Below are positions 43,094 through 56,344 of a stretch of 64,000 nt of DNA, one piece after another. The DNA lies in NCBI RefSeq assembly GCF_001194135.2, contig NC_068984.1:34277304-34341303 (forward strand), read 5' to 3'. Below the pieces are notes generated by a model. It saw only the letters and a list, made by a program, of their open reading frames with translations. It was not told the origin of the DNA and ran no database searches. The translations under genes and the position numbers were made by a program. Source of the DNA: Octopus bimaculoides (taxonomy: Eukaryota). Within the stretch, counting starts at the first letter, position 1, and each line of letters starts with the position of its first letter.

Positions 43094-43856
43094 TCTCATA
43101 CATATGCATTTACACACATCAGCAAGCACGCACTCAAATATATATAAAAATATGCATGCACAAACATATATAAATATATCGGTAGATACTATGTCCTTAT
43201 AAAGACATTTGGATTTACCTAATATAGTAAATTCAACTGACGTTCATATACAATCACTAAAGTTAGTCAATATTGTTAACCGATAAGAGCGAGCATGGTA
43301 CACGCTAGGATTATATATCCCTCTAAACACATTCTAGAAATTTATTGTATGTGTGAGTGTGCGTGCGTGCTTGCGCGCGCGCGTACACATACTATATAAA
43401 TACACGAATACTCTCAGGCATACAGAGACATTCAAGATATTTTATACGTCACCACTGATGTTCACTGATGTCATTTGGGGTTTAGGATCATTCAGCAATT
43501 AGTTATCCTCACCTAAATGGCTCCGCCTATGATTAACTCCCAGCTTGCATTTAGTTAGCACTACACTATGTTGTACTACTCCCATTCAAAAGCAACCGTA
43601 TTGAAGAAACCGTTTGCAGAACGTGTACCCATGCAAAACAGCCACCATGCTGAAGGCTCTACAAAGCATTGGCCAGCAAAAGCATGGTATTCCGTCCTAA
43701 TGGAATCACATCTTGCTCACCCCACATTATTTCGTTATCACCAAATTTAGTGTATTTACATACTTACGCAGATTCGAACGCACATGTACGTATCTATACG
43801 TATATATGAGAGAGTGCATGTGTGTGTGTGTGTGTGTGTATCGTCATTACATATAC

Positions 43857-43925
<69 letters not shown>

Positions 43926-44329
43926 CGATACTGTGAAAATAATAAGGGTAGAAAATTGAGAAAAACATTCATACCGGCGGCTAGCATGCGTAATAAAGTC
44001 AATAGACAACATAGATTTGATATATAATAGTGTACAAACTGTTAATTATTTATACACGAAAGAGGTGACTTTTGACAGGACACCTTACATGCTAGAAAGG
44101 GCAGTCAAAACTCAGACCACTCATAAAAGCGATTTGAAAGGAATGAAAATAAAAAAAATATTTTTCTAGTTCACCTCAAACTCGACTTTCAATATTAATG
44201 AGCAAATAAATTAATATTTTTTGTATTTTCTTTTTTTACTATCTTTATTCCCCTCATTTTCTCTTCCTGTCTTCATTTTGACTCATCTCCTCATTCTAAT
44301 CATACCCCCCCCACACACACACACCATAT

Positions 44330-44752
44330 ATCCACAAATACTACCAATACATTCTCAAATTTTCATTCACACCACAAAACTTCTTCGAATGTGCAACACA
44401 CAATCCTCGGCTACATACTTAGAAATGACTAAACATGAACTACTATTGGAACTTACATACCATCTTTAGGAAACTTTTTACCACTTCTATAAACCAGATT
44501 ACTCGAATTATGGAACCGCAACTACAATGCTTTATATTTTATTTCAACTTTCATTCTTTTATTTCCCCTCCATATTCTCTATCTCCTTTCCCACAATAAT
44601 TTCTCATTTCGAATTTCAAACATTTACCTCTATTTAACCATCTCTATAATGAAGATATATCCATAATATCCCCTAAACAGCTGTAAGATTATATCTATAT
44701 CTCTTTCCTTATAAATGTCATGAAAACTCCTCACAGCCTTGGCTTTGTTATC
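44330..44752 (+). mobile_element. Penelope-like 3' end (same family as the 32.7-33.3 kb element), hammerhead-like motif at 44648-44686
   Basis: TKLLRMCNTQSSATYLEMTKHELLLELTYH, then a 3' repeat homologous to the 33050-33282 arm (AACAGCTGTAAG..TATAAATGTC..GCCTTGGCTTTGTT). Confidence 0.6.
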
Positions 44753-44790
44753 GCTATTGTCTAATATATAATATAATATAATATAATATA

Positions 44791-44833
<43 letters not shown>

Positions 44834-45363
44834 NNNNNNNNNNNNNNNNNNNNNNNNNNNNNNNNNNNNNNNNNNNNNNNNNNNNNNNNNNNNNNNNNNN
44901 NNNNNNNNNNNNNNNNNNNNNNNNNNNNNNNNNNNNNNNNNNNNNNNNNNNNNNNNNNNNNNNNNNNNNNNNNNNNNNNNNNNNNNNNNNNNNNNNNNNN
45001 NNNNNNNNNNNNNNNNNNNNNNNNNNNNNNNNNNNNNNNNNNNNNNNNNNNNNNNNNNNNNNNNNNNNNNNNNNNNNNNNNNNNNNNNNNNNNNNNNNNN
45101 NNNNNNNNNNNNNNNNNNNNNNNNNNNNNNNNNNNNNNNNNNNNNNNNNNNNNNNNNNNNNNNNNNNNNNNNNNNNNNNNNNNNNNNNNNNNNNNNNNNN
45201 NNNNNNNNNNNNNNNNNNNNNNNNNNNNNNNNNNNNNNNNNNNNNNNNNNNNNNNNNNNNNNNNNNNNNNNNNNNNNNNNNNNNNNNNNNNNNNNNNNNN
45301 NNNNNNNNNNNNNNNNNNNNNNNNNNNNNNNNNNNNNNNNNNNNNNNNNTATATATATATACA

Positions 45364-45394
<31 letters not shown>

Positions 45395-45467
45395 GTATGT
45401 ATGTATGCATGTATTCAACTGTGTTTAATCCAATAAAGAAAAAGCTCTGAATATGTGTCGAGAATAA

Positions 45468-45680
45468 AGCGCCGAGCTGGCAGAATGTCTAGGACGGCTG
45501 CGAAAGTAATTAGCGGCACTCTGTCTATGTCTTTACGTTCCGAGTCCAAATCTCACCGTTGTCGACTTTGCCTTTCATCGTTTCGGGTTCGATAAAATAA
45601 AGAGCAGCTGAGCACTGGTGTCAATGCAATCGATTTATTTCCTTTCACAAAATTACTGGTCTTGTGCCAAAATTTGAAGC
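45468..45680 (+). mobile_element. SINE family B
   Basis: GCGCCGAGCTGGCAGAA head and GTCGACTTTGCCTTTCATC.TTTCGGG.TCGATAAAATAA core. Confidence 0.8.
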
Positions 45681-45855
45681 CAATATGCATTGAGAATATT
45701 TTATTTAGATAAATCTGATGACGAAATTTAACGAGGTTGAAATTACAAGATATCAGCTTCTAAATTTGTATGTTCTCTCAAAGGAAAAAAAAAAGACAAA
45801 ACATTGTTTTAGGACAAATATAAAGCCATTGGATGTTATTCATTGTATTACAAAC

Positions 45856-45897
45856 TGAATCCCATAATTTTAATGTTTCATTGATAAAATTTCTTTG
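45856..45897 (-). CDS. Candidate 42-nt exon (phase 0 to 0)
   Basis: TTTCTTTCCTGTTTTGTAAATGAACTTCAG acceptor and weak GTTTGT donor; QRNFINETLKLWDS. Confidence 0.22.
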
Positions 45898-46303
45898 CTG
45901 AAGTTCATTTACAAAACAGGAAAGAAATCTATGAAATAATTACATCCACAGTAAATTTTTCGTTAAACTTTTCTTTTTACTGAATGTGTAATCCAGTAAA
46001 GAACCGACATAGAGAGTTAGAAATAAATAAGTGTAATGAATTATATACAACTGACGGTTAGTATAAACATTGACATAATGTGAGTCATTTCGAGTGTCAT
46101 GAGTATTTTCATCAATGCTTTAAGCCATTGGCAAAAGCTGTAAATAGCCAGTCAGTCATTGACCGGCAGGTAAACATCTTCTCGTACATTGACTCATTTC
46201 CATCGTGAAATTAACGATTTCTTTCAACTTTGCTATTGGATGAAATTTATTGGGAGCCGAGATAATGTCCCATGAATCGAAGACACTAGTTATTTACTCG
46301 ATC

Positions 46304-46358
<55 letters not shown>

Positions 46359-46365
46359 AAGAGAA

Positions 46366-46407
<42 letters not shown>

Positions 46408-46740
46408 TAAATCAGCGACAAATGCTTCGTGTAGAGACTTGCTAGAATGTAACGTGTGACATACAATTTAACTTCGTACTTCAAAATCTTATTTTCTGTT
46501 GGAGAAACAGTGTCGTTTAGGAACATTGAATATTTTAATTTTCAGGTGCAACTACGTTTCCTATGTTGCTAATTCACTTGGAAAGGTATGGAGGCCACTA
46601 ACTTTCATCTCATTTGTACATATGCGAAGTTACATTCACCACCACTATCACCACTATCATCATTGTCACCAATGCTGTCATCATTTGCTATTGTAATCTT
46701 ACACCACTACCACCACCACCAATAACGATCTCATAATTAT

Positions 46741-46787
<47 letters not shown>

Positions 46788-47158
46788 GCTACTACTACTA
46801 CTGGTGCTGCTACTACTTAGTAATATCCATTTTGCCCGGCAGAAATTACACGCTGAAATTCATTTCTCCAATTCAAGTTTCAGCAATGCTGCAAATTTAA
46901 CTCGCATCTCTCATATCGATTTCTCTATTGGGGTCATTGGATAGCTAAATTTTCCTTCTTCAAAATTGAATTATCCAGAAATATAGTTAATCAGTTGAAG
47001 TTAAAACCTATAAGTCATTTATTCTCGTTGCAAACAGAATATTATATATTCTTCGTTTGCAAATAGACGAAACTACGTGACTTTAATATGACGCTAAATC
47101 TTAATTTCATTTCTCCACTCATTTCTTTTTGCTTATTTTCTTATTGGTATTGATACTA

Positions 47159-47189
<31 letters not shown>

Positions 47190-47190
47190 G

Positions 47191-47272
<82 letters not shown>

Positions 47273-47552
47273 TTCGCACTATTATTTGTGAAGTTGTTAT
47301 TATTACTATTATTATCACCAGAAATGTTCTTATTCTTAGCGTCATTATTATTAATGTTTTTGTTGGTCGTTGATATATGTTTATTTTGCATTGTTGTCTC
47401 TTAGATAATAATAGCTATCGTTATTAATTATTTGTAAAGGGCTGAGGTCAGAGTTTTGTTTTGTTTTCTCTCCAGCGTAAAGTAGAAGGTGACTACTGGA
47501 AAGCAATATCCTGGCCTCGAATATATTTTAGGAAAATATGGGTAAAACTTAC

Positions 47553-47588
47553 TAGTTTATCCTGGGAGAATGGTTCAACCCACCGTTT
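47553..47588 (-). CDS. Candidate 36-nt exon (phase 0 to 0)
   Basis: TTTATTTCCTCTTCAAAATAG acceptor and GTAAGT donor; KRWVEPFSQDKL. Confidence 0.3.
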
Positions 47589-48037
47589 CTATTTTGAAGA
47601 GGAAATAAACAGTTGTGCGCTCTTTCTCTGTATCCCAAATGCACCCCGAGTGGCTGTCCGTGCTAGAAGCTGGTTAGTAATTTATTTGTTTACTTTATAT
47701 CTATTGTTGTTATTTTTATTGTTTATTATTCTAAAGGAAATCCTGGTAAACAGGATCTGTCAGTAAAGACAATTCAGCAATGACCACCCCATATTTCTTA
47801 GGATATCTATGATGATATTAACCAAATATACCCTTTACTTTTTTAAGGTGCTAGTGTATAATATGAAGGAAATTTTGTTGCTATTTCAAGTAAAATGAGC
47901 AACTAGAAAGTAATTCCTTGATGGCAACATTTTAATAATTTTGTTTGTGTACAGCGGTCAATAATTATTTGTGTATGTTTATGTGTGTGAGTGTTGGTTG
48001 TTTTGTTTGTTTGCTTGTTTGTTTGTATATGTTGTGT

Positions 48038-48072
<35 letters not shown>

Positions 48073-48123
48073 TGTGTGTTTGAATTGTGCGTCTGTGTGC
48101 GCAGGTGTGTGCGTGTATGTGTA

Positions 48124-48165
<42 letters not shown>

Positions 48166-48456
48166 GAGAGAGAGAGTAAAAGAAAGAAAGAAAGAAAGAG
48201 AGATGGAGAGTAAGAAAGAGAGAGCGAGGGAAAGAGTGATGGGGAGAGAGAGAGAGAGCAAAGGAAAGAGAGAAGAAGAGAAAGAGAGAGGGCGAGAGAA
48301 AGAGAGAGAAAAAGAGAGAGGGAGACAGAGTGTGTGTGTGTGTGTGTGTACATTTGCCTTACAATCTCATTGGATTATTATCAGCGCCAGGCTTTAATTC
48401 ATCGTCCTTTTAAGAACTTTCTGACATCAATACCGTTATATAGCCTAACATCTATA

Positions 48457-48625
48457 GTAGTGTTCACAACCCTTTTATTTAAATGAGTTTTCCCACAGTC
48501 CACTTTTAACATACTTATTGTTATGTATATATTACATATGAATGAAATTTTGAATTTAATTCACGGACCTCCAATATTACCTTTGCGGACCACTAGGGTC
48601 CACGGACCTCAGGTTGGAAAGTTCT
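48457..48625. mobile_element. Possible hAT-type MITE remnant
   Basis: TAGTAGTGTTCACAACC...GCGGACCACTAGGGTCCACGGACCTCAGGTTGGAAAGTTCTA resembles Charlie/MER5-type ends. Confidence 0.4.
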
Positions 48626-48660
48626 AGTTAAATGTTTAAGTAACTTATTTACTTGCCACA

Positions 48661-48714
48661 AAAATGTGTTCAAATTCCTCTATAGTAAACTATAGAGGAA
48701 TTTGAACACATTTT
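48661..48714. repeat. Perfect 26-bp inverted repeat with 2-nt spacer
   Basis: AAAATGTGTTCAAATTCCTCTATAGT-AA-ACTATAGAGGAATTTGAACACATTTT. Confidence 0.95.
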
Positions 48715-48829
48715 AATAAAAACTATTCTCACTCAAATCCCGGAGCCGACATTTTATGGCTTAGTTAGAAGAGTGCAGAGGCAGTCAAGGTCTCTCAGAC
48801 TGGAAGAAAGAGAGGAAAGTTATCATCAA

Positions 48830-49250
48830 ACATGTGACAAAGCCTAAATGACCACAACAGAGAACACACTGCTAAGACGGCCAAGGGCCAAATCGTAGTA
48901 CTATACCATACAACGATTAAATTTGTCACCCTAAATGAAGAAAGATCACTCTGATTGGAATCCCACACTTTGCACAATGATTGTTTGAGCATTGATAACT
49001 TGCTGCCTTCTTTTAGTCGTCAATGACAGGAAATCTTCGTCTGTCTATTGGTTTTGGCGAAGTAGGTTGTGTAGTAGACATTGCTGAAAAGACTGAAGGT
49101 AGATACTTTCTTCTTTGGCCAAGCCCTCATTAAATTCCTCCAGATTTACCTGAAAAGGAAAGTGAGGATGGAGAGGGATGTGCTGCCACGCAGCAAATTT
49201 GTTTAAAAACAGATGTGAGTGGCTAGGAAGATCCGAGTAAATGGTTTTGC
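48830..49250 (-). mobile_element. Decayed Penelope-like element fragment
   Basis: ORF 49045-49254 (HLFLNKFAAWQHIPLHPHFPFQVNLEEFNEGLAKEE..) aligns by eye with ORF 59371-59616 (HLSFNKFAGRQRLPLHIHFPFEVKLEKFEKDLVKEE..). Confidence 0.55.
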
Positions 49251-49674
49251 ACATGGGGATTCAAGGAGGAGAATAAGGCGAGAGTACTCGCCCTTGTGGT
49301 CAGATTAGTTGTGGTTTAGGGGGATTATTCCTTGTATTTTTTCTGTTATTTTACTTTTTATGCGTTTTTATGTAATCCTGTATTTTAAAGTCGTGTTCGT
49401 CTTCTATCAGTTTTTGTAAACCTTTCGTCGGTTATAAAGAAACCTTATTATTATTGTTATTGTTATTATCATCATCACCATCATCATCATCGTCATCTTC
49501 TTCGTCGTCTTCGTCGTCGTCATCATCATCAACATCATCATTATCATGACCATCATCATGATCATACATAGAATTAATTCGTATGAAGATGCTAATTCAC
49601 TTTTCGCTGCCCAGAGCATCTTGCTATATCTAGTCCTCCCTTCACGCACACACACACAATCATACGCAGATAAT

Positions 49675-49870
49675 GAGATGGCGGAATCGTTAGAGCGTCA
49701 AATAAAATGCCTTGCAGTATTTGTTCCGACACTTTACGTTCTGAGAAGAAATCCCTGTATGGTCAACTTTGGTTTCATTCTTCCGGGATTGAGAAAATAG
49801 ATTAGCAGCCAAGCATTGGGGTCGATTATGTCGACTAACACACCGCTCATATTTCTGGCTTTGTGCCTAT
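49675..49870 (+). mobile_element. SINE family B (decayed)
   Basis: GAGATGGCGGAATCGTTAGAGCG..AAAATGCCTTGCAGTATTT..TTTACGTTCTGAG..TGGGGTCGATTATGTCGACT. Confidence 0.7.
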
Positions 49871-51022
49871 GTTAGAAACAATTGTTACAATTATTAACTA
49901 TTTGGGATGAAAGTATATTTCATAAGCAGTATGGATTTTGTTTCTTTGACAGAGTAAAGTAATATTTTCTTCCTTTTACGAGTTAAAAACTTCGATAGAA
50001 AAACAAATGTATTTCGAGCGGGCACTTTCCCTTTGACTGTAATTTATATCATTAGTTTGTCAGCCAAAGAACAAATACAAATATTTAGTGTACAAACAAA
50101 AATGGATTATTTTGGCTCTAGCATGAAATGAAGCCGGAAGTGAACTTTGATTGCAGCAACAATTCATTTGGCAGCTGCTGAAATATTAGATTTGGTGCCA
50201 GCAGCGAGAAAAGCAAGGTCACCAATGGTATGATCCATATCAGGAGAAGAGGTAACTTTGCTGATGGCTATAATTTTACAAAGAATGGCAACAAAGGAGA
50301 CTGACAACAATCAGAGATGCAACAGCAGTAGCATCAATAACATCAAAACGAAATATCCACATGGCATGGGGATTATGGAAATTGAAGCAGTGAGATCGGA
50401 AACAATGGAAATGCAAGGATCAATAACAATGACAACAGCATGCTCAGCCAACTTTATTGTATTCTGAAGGATATCAAGAGGTGTAGGAGATTAAGTTTAT
50501 CAAACTCGTGGCAAATGCATGTCAAGATTCTTGGTGGATAAAGAGAAAAAAAGTGAAGTAAAAATATTATACAGAACAAAATAGACAAACTATTTGACTT
50601 CACTACGATATTACAAGCCGACACTTTTAATGTGTATGATAAGAAATATTTAATGTGTGACATAATGATAGCGACAAAAATATCATGAAAGAAGTATTGA
50701 ACAAATTACTTATTGAGAAACACGGATGATTTATGATTTCCACTCACATAATATTCATATAATGTGTCAAAGTCACAAAGGCATTCTACTATTGGACATG
50801 ACGTGTGGACTTAAAAGTTTTGAAGTTCTGGGAGCTTATGTCTGTAGGTTATGTAAAATAGAAGGAATCAATGACTTGTTCCTTAAGGATTTAGTACTGA
50901 AAGTTTACACAAAGCCTCCAAACATTTCCCATCAACATTAAAAGTAAATACAATATCAACAAAAGCTAACGATTTCAATGCTCACAAATATTGTTCGAAA
51001 TATTGGTCACCTCACAGCTTAC

Positions 51023-51113
51023 GTATAAGTCCTTAAGCAAGCATCCAATTAGGAACATACGTTCTCTTAACAGATGATTGAAGGAATAAATCGTGTCAAT
51101 AGACATTGCACAA
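51023..51113 (-). CDS. Candidate exon (phase 2 to 0), unknown protein
   Basis: Very strong acceptor (CACTTTTCTTTCTTATATACTTCCAG) and GTAAGC donor; CAMSIDTIYSFNHLLRERMFLIGCLLKDLY. Confidence 0.4.
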
Positions 51114-52304
51114 CTGGAAGTATATAAGAAAGAAAAGTGTATCGTCTGGAGGTCAGCCAATTGACATACAGACGTAAGAAGTTAAAGTGACCATGTGTTT
51201 CTTTGTATATGCACGCGCGCGTATATGTGTATGTGTTTGAAATGCCTGAAGTAATAGCAATCAATCCACCTTCAGCATTTCCCATTAATTTATTAACCTC
51301 TGAAAATGATTAACAGCCAAACCGATACTGGAACAAATACCATAAGGTTAATTTTGCCCGTCACTCTAACAATTAACGAGGGTAACGTTTTGTCCTCATT
51401 AAAAAAAATTGCATTAAATCAACTTTTATGTTGTCACAAAGCCTCACGATATATAATAGCTGTACAGTAAATTATAAGCCCCGTAATGCTACTTATTTTT
51501 TGACAGCTACCCCGTGAAGGATGGAGGGTATAATCGATCTATACAGGATTTGAAACCGAAATAATACGTTATTTAGGAACTCTTCAGTGTTTCTGTCACC
51601 TGATTCCTTTGTCATTTCACATTTGATAATACTTATTTTTCAGCTTTCTTTCACTCCATCACTTCTTCTCAATCATATGTCGACTATCACAAGTGTCTGT
51701 TAACCCATCCTCTTCCCTCATATCTATTTTTTTTTTGCTTGATTTCTGTGTTCCTTGTCTTTCTTTCTGTATTTCATTCATTTATTCTGTCTTCCCTTTT
51801 CCTATTTCATCTCTCTATCTTTGATACATTTTTGCTTCCTTTCTAACTACCATTTTATCTGAGAAGAAAGTAAAGAGTCTTAACTAAGTACTGCTTGCAC
51901 ACTAGGGTTTCAATCAGTTTTCTCCCTTAGAAAAATTGTAATAATGAATCTCTATAATGGGCACAAAGCCACACATTTGTTATACGGGTTGAACTCGATT
52001 ATGCCAATTCTAAAACATGAGTAACATACGGATAAGCTAAAAGTTATAGTCAACCTTAGCGTGATTTGAATTCAGAATATAAAAAGGTAGACACCAAATA
52101 AACGAAGGGAAATAAATGATCAACTGGACTTGTAAAATAGCAGTCAAATATCTTTTAGATGACATTCCACTGTCTTGGATTAAACAGAATCGAACACTTT
52201 TAATACTGTAGTCACAGACACCCCTAAAACAGGCGAGAAGCTCACGATTGGTTTGCCATTGGTCATAGGTCTGTTTGATTAGAGATAAAATGAGGATAAA
52301 CAAC

Positions 52305-52665
52305 ATAGGCTCAAGGCCTGAAATATGGGCGGTTGCAGAGTCAGTCGATTAAATCAGATCGGAGGGATAAATGTGAACTTGACTTCGGCGAGATTTAAAC
52401 ACAGACCTAAAACATCACACTAAATAAAGCAATGCATTTTCTTTGACATTAACCTTTCTACCAATTCACAGCCCTGCAGGTAGCAATTTTGGGACGAGGG
52501 GATTTGTCGATTATATCGAACCCAGTATTGGCTGTTATTTTATTTTATGGGCTAGAAGGGTAAAGGGTGAATGTTGGCTTCGACCGGTATCGAACCGACA
52601 ACACAAAGAGCCTGACGAAATCCCGCACAGCATATCCAGTGCTCTAACGATGCTGCCAAATAACA
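52305..52665 (-). mobile_element. Two decayed family B SINE copies (52305-52440, 52480-52665)
   Basis: Reverse-complement matches to the family B tail and head. Confidence 0.6.
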
Positions 52666-53957
52666 TCAATAACAATTTGCTAGCACCGTCCTTTAAAAAT
52701 ATATTTATTAATGGATTTATGTATTGTCACCAGGCAACACTATTTAAAATAGCGGAGGAGTAAGTTTTTAGCTCGGTACAGCTACTCATTTAATGTCAAA
52801 CACTACGTTAAAGCATTGGAGGTCATAATTGACCTACATACGATTTGAAACCAAAATAGCACGTTGCTTATAAACTATAAACACCGCAGTGTTTCTGTCA
52901 ACCGATTATTCTGTCATTCCTTTTTTTTTTTATTTATTACCATCTTTCAGCTTTCTCTATCACATCACTCCTTCTCTACACATCTTCTATCTATTCATCT
53001 CTTCTTTTGTCTTCATTTCTTTCCTTCCTTCCTTCTTTCTCTTTATTCTTATTCATCCCCCACCCCTATTCTATCCATTTTTGCTGTCTTTTTGCTTCCT
53101 TTGTAGCTTCCTTTCCTGCTTCCTTGGTTACTTCCTCTGCTTTCTCCCTTACATTTACTTTGCCTAATAATTCATTTCATTGTCCCCTTCCTCTCTACCA
53201 CCAACTATTTCTCTCTTCTCTATTTCTCGTCCTGCCTCTCAGTTCTGTTCAAACAGCTTTCTATGCCGTAGCGTTTCAGCTATTTTTAAAAATTTATATA
53301 TAAAATTTTCCTTGCTTCTATCTTATTTCCTTATCTCTTACTCCCACCATCAAAAACACTCACTCCCACTCTTCCCTATTCTGTTACCTTTCCCTTCGGC
53401 AATTATTTTCCTCTCCTTATTTACTTTCATTACTTTTATGTTATATATGCATACATACGCTCTCACTCTTTCACACACACACATATAGATATATGTACGC
53501 ACACTTCTTGTATATGTCTTCGTGATTGCCTGCCTATCTTTTTGTCTGTCAGTCTGCATATGTGTACATACGCGTGTGCATACGTATGTCCACTTCAAAT
53601 AAATAACAATAGCTGTATGTGAATGCGTGTGTCTGTCTGTGTGTGAGTTTGTGTGTATGTGTGTGTGTAAGAAATACATTACATTGGAGTCACAAAAACA
53701 TTAAGTCATATATATATAGTTACTTTATAATCACATTTAATTTATAATATTTTGGTCTATAGATAAAAATTAATAAATATGAACGATTTAGTGAAAAAGA
53801 CCAGTACTAACAGTCATGATCGTTGTATCTGATTGAAGAAGTTCTCGCTGAGCTCTTATGTACGTAATGGGTGCAATGATTTTATCGTAGTACACCTAGC
53901 ACACCATCTTAATCTCTTGGTAAAAGAATGAAACTGAAGATATGAATATATACATAT

Positions 53958-54019
<62 letters not shown>

Positions 54020-54425
54020 ACGCATGTATAGACGGAGGAACGCGGAAACAAGATGGTGGTTTCATTCCGATATCAACAAGAAATCTGTCTATAATATTTT
54101 AAAAAATTTCTAAATACTTTTCTCTATTTTTCACCAAAACATGTAACTAGTAAAGCTTGTCAAAAGTTATATTTAGCATCGATTGATAACAGCCAATTCA
54201 TGTATGATGTTGATAAAAAGAGAGTTTCCTAATTTACCATGCCAGTCACCTCAAAATCTGAACAAGAATCATAAGAATCATTGTGTAACAACGCAGTGGA
54301 ACTTTAGCTTTGATATACATTTATATATATATATGTGTGTGTGTATGTTTACACATGTACATACACACATACATACATACATACATACATACATTCATAT
54401 ATATATGCATGAATGCGTATATATA

Positions 54426-54499
<74 letters not shown>

Positions 54500-54970
54500 G
54501 TTTTTGGTTGGAAATCAATGAAAAGAGAAATTTTGTGGAACGTACGCAAAACATTTTGCAGAATTATATTTATGGGGGAATTGCTGATAATTTACACACG
54601 CTATCTCTCTCTCATGTAAGCTCTTACTTTCTCTCCCTCCTTGTGTGCATGTATATGTGTTTGTATATGTGTATGATTGTGTATGTTTGCGTATGTCTGT
54701 ATGTGCGAGTTTTTCTTTTTTTTTTTGTAATATTTTTTGCAACTAAAAATATAATCAATGTACTGTTAAGTTAAGAGTATATAGGATGTGTTGTATGTTT
54801 GTCAAATGTAAAATAAACAAGATTATATTTCCGGACCTAAATATTTCGTGCAATCGACCTTATGATTGACTATAATCATCAACGGATTGAGAAGCTTTTC
54901 AATCTGCTGATATGTAATCCTGTTTACGTTATATTTGATAAGAGCATACACACATAAACACACATAAGCA

Positions 54971-55013
<43 letters not shown>

Positions 55014-55359
55014 ACACATACCCATACACACGCACACACACACACACACATAAGCGTAGATATTTATATTATTCTTCGATCTGTTTCCCTTTCAAAAGTT
55101 CTTTAACTTTCGATATTCTCTTAATTCTTTATATATTCCCTCTTCTCCGTGTCTCTCTATCTTACTCACTTAATCACTCCCTACCTCCCTACCTCCCTAC
55201 CTCCCTCTTTCTTTCCTCCGTCAATCACTCCCTCCATCTCTCACCCCCTCACTTACAAACTTTCTTTCTGAGATTTCTTCCTCATAATCATTTCTCACTC
55301 AATCTTTATGATTCTTTTCTCTCGTATTTGACTGTTATATGAGTCATATAATTTATTAC

Positions 55360-55453
55360 GTAGGAATATTTTTTTCAGATTTCAGAAAAGATTCACTCGG
55401 GCTCTTCACGAACAACCCGTTCTCCTCTACCTTCTTTAAATCATGATTTATCA
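55360..55453 (-). CDS. Candidate exon (phase 1 to 2), unknown protein
   Basis: CCCTTTAATATTCGTGCCAG acceptor and GTAATA donor; (V)INHDLKKVEENGLFVKSPSESFLKSEKNIP(T); phase-compatible with both neighbours. Confidence 0.35.
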
Positions 55454-55767
55454 CTGGCACGAATATTAAAGGGTACAATGGGTTTTATTGATTCTAGTTA
55501 CGTTCTAAATCAGACCTATTTGTTACACATATTACTTTAAAAAAAAACAACCTATCTATAGTGTCTTGCACTGAAACCTCCATCTGACCATACTTCGTTT
55601 CTTGTAATAGGGACAAAGCAGCTAGTCATAAGTTCTGTATACTCCTAAAAGGTTTAGCTTGCAAAGATTACGATACTGTGGCTAATGCGATCCCAGTATA
55701 TGCTAAGGCAGCAACAACAGCAGAATTAAGGACACAGTATTCAAGTATGGTTATAATTTATCAGGGT

Positions 55768-55975
55768 AGGGCGGCAGAAACGTTAGCAGGCCGGGCGAAA
55801 TGCTTAGCGGTATTTCGTCTGTCTTTACGATCTGAGTTCAAATTCCGCCGAAGTCAACTTCGCCTTTCATCCTTTCGAGGTCGATAAATTAAGTATCAAT
55901 TGCGTACTAGGGTCGATTTAATTAACTGGCTCCCTCACCCAAAATTTCAGGTCTTGTGTCTAGAGGAGAAAAGAA
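55768..55975 (+). mobile_element. SINE family B (well preserved)
   Basis: GGCGGCAGAAACGTTAGCAGGCCGGGCGAAATGCTTAGCGGTATTTCGTCTGTCTTTACG.TCTGAGTTCAAATTCCGCCGAAGTCAACTTCGCCTTTCATCCTTTCGAGGTCGATAAATTAAGTA. Confidence 0.9.
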
Positions 55976-56084
55976 TATTCAGATATCTAGCATCTGACTT
56001 CTGGAATGATGTCCACTTTACAAAATACTAAGAAAGATAATACTACCGAAGGACTTAGCCATNNNNNNNNNNTTGTCAAGTGAT

Positions 56085-56240
56085 GGCCGGCGGGAACACA
56101 AATATAAAATCTACTAAATTCATTCACAAGGTCTTTGTCCGCCCGAGGCTATCATAGAAGACATTTGCTCCAGGTGCCATTCACTAAGAATGAACCCAGA
56201 TTCATGCGGTTGGAAAGCAAACTTCTTATCACACAGCCAT
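56085..56240 (-). mobile_element. SINE family A, 5' half
   Basis: Reverse complement of head and body (AAATTCATTCACAAGGTCTTTG.CCGCCCGAGGCTAT.ATAGAAGACA.TTGC..CATGCGGTTGGAAAGCAAACTTCTTA.CACACAGCCA). Confidence 0.75.
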
Positions 56241-56257
56241 GCCAGTACCTACACACA

Positions 56258-56308
<51 letters not shown>

Positions 56309-56309
56309 G

Positions 56310-56344
<35 letters not shown>

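Noticed and set aside
50120-50470. Balanced-GC, coding-looking stretch
   Set aside because: Stops in all frames and no recognisable motif; probably decayed repeat or low-complexity sequence.
52920-53420. About 500-bp pyrimidine-rich tract with F/L/S-rich ORFs
   Set aside because: Degenerate low-complexity (CT/CTT) sequence; the ORFs are compositional artefacts.
54238-54257. 20-nt minus-strand micro-exon candidate (DFEVTGM)
   Set aside because: Too short to distinguish from chance, and its phase conflicts with the better chain via 55360-55453.
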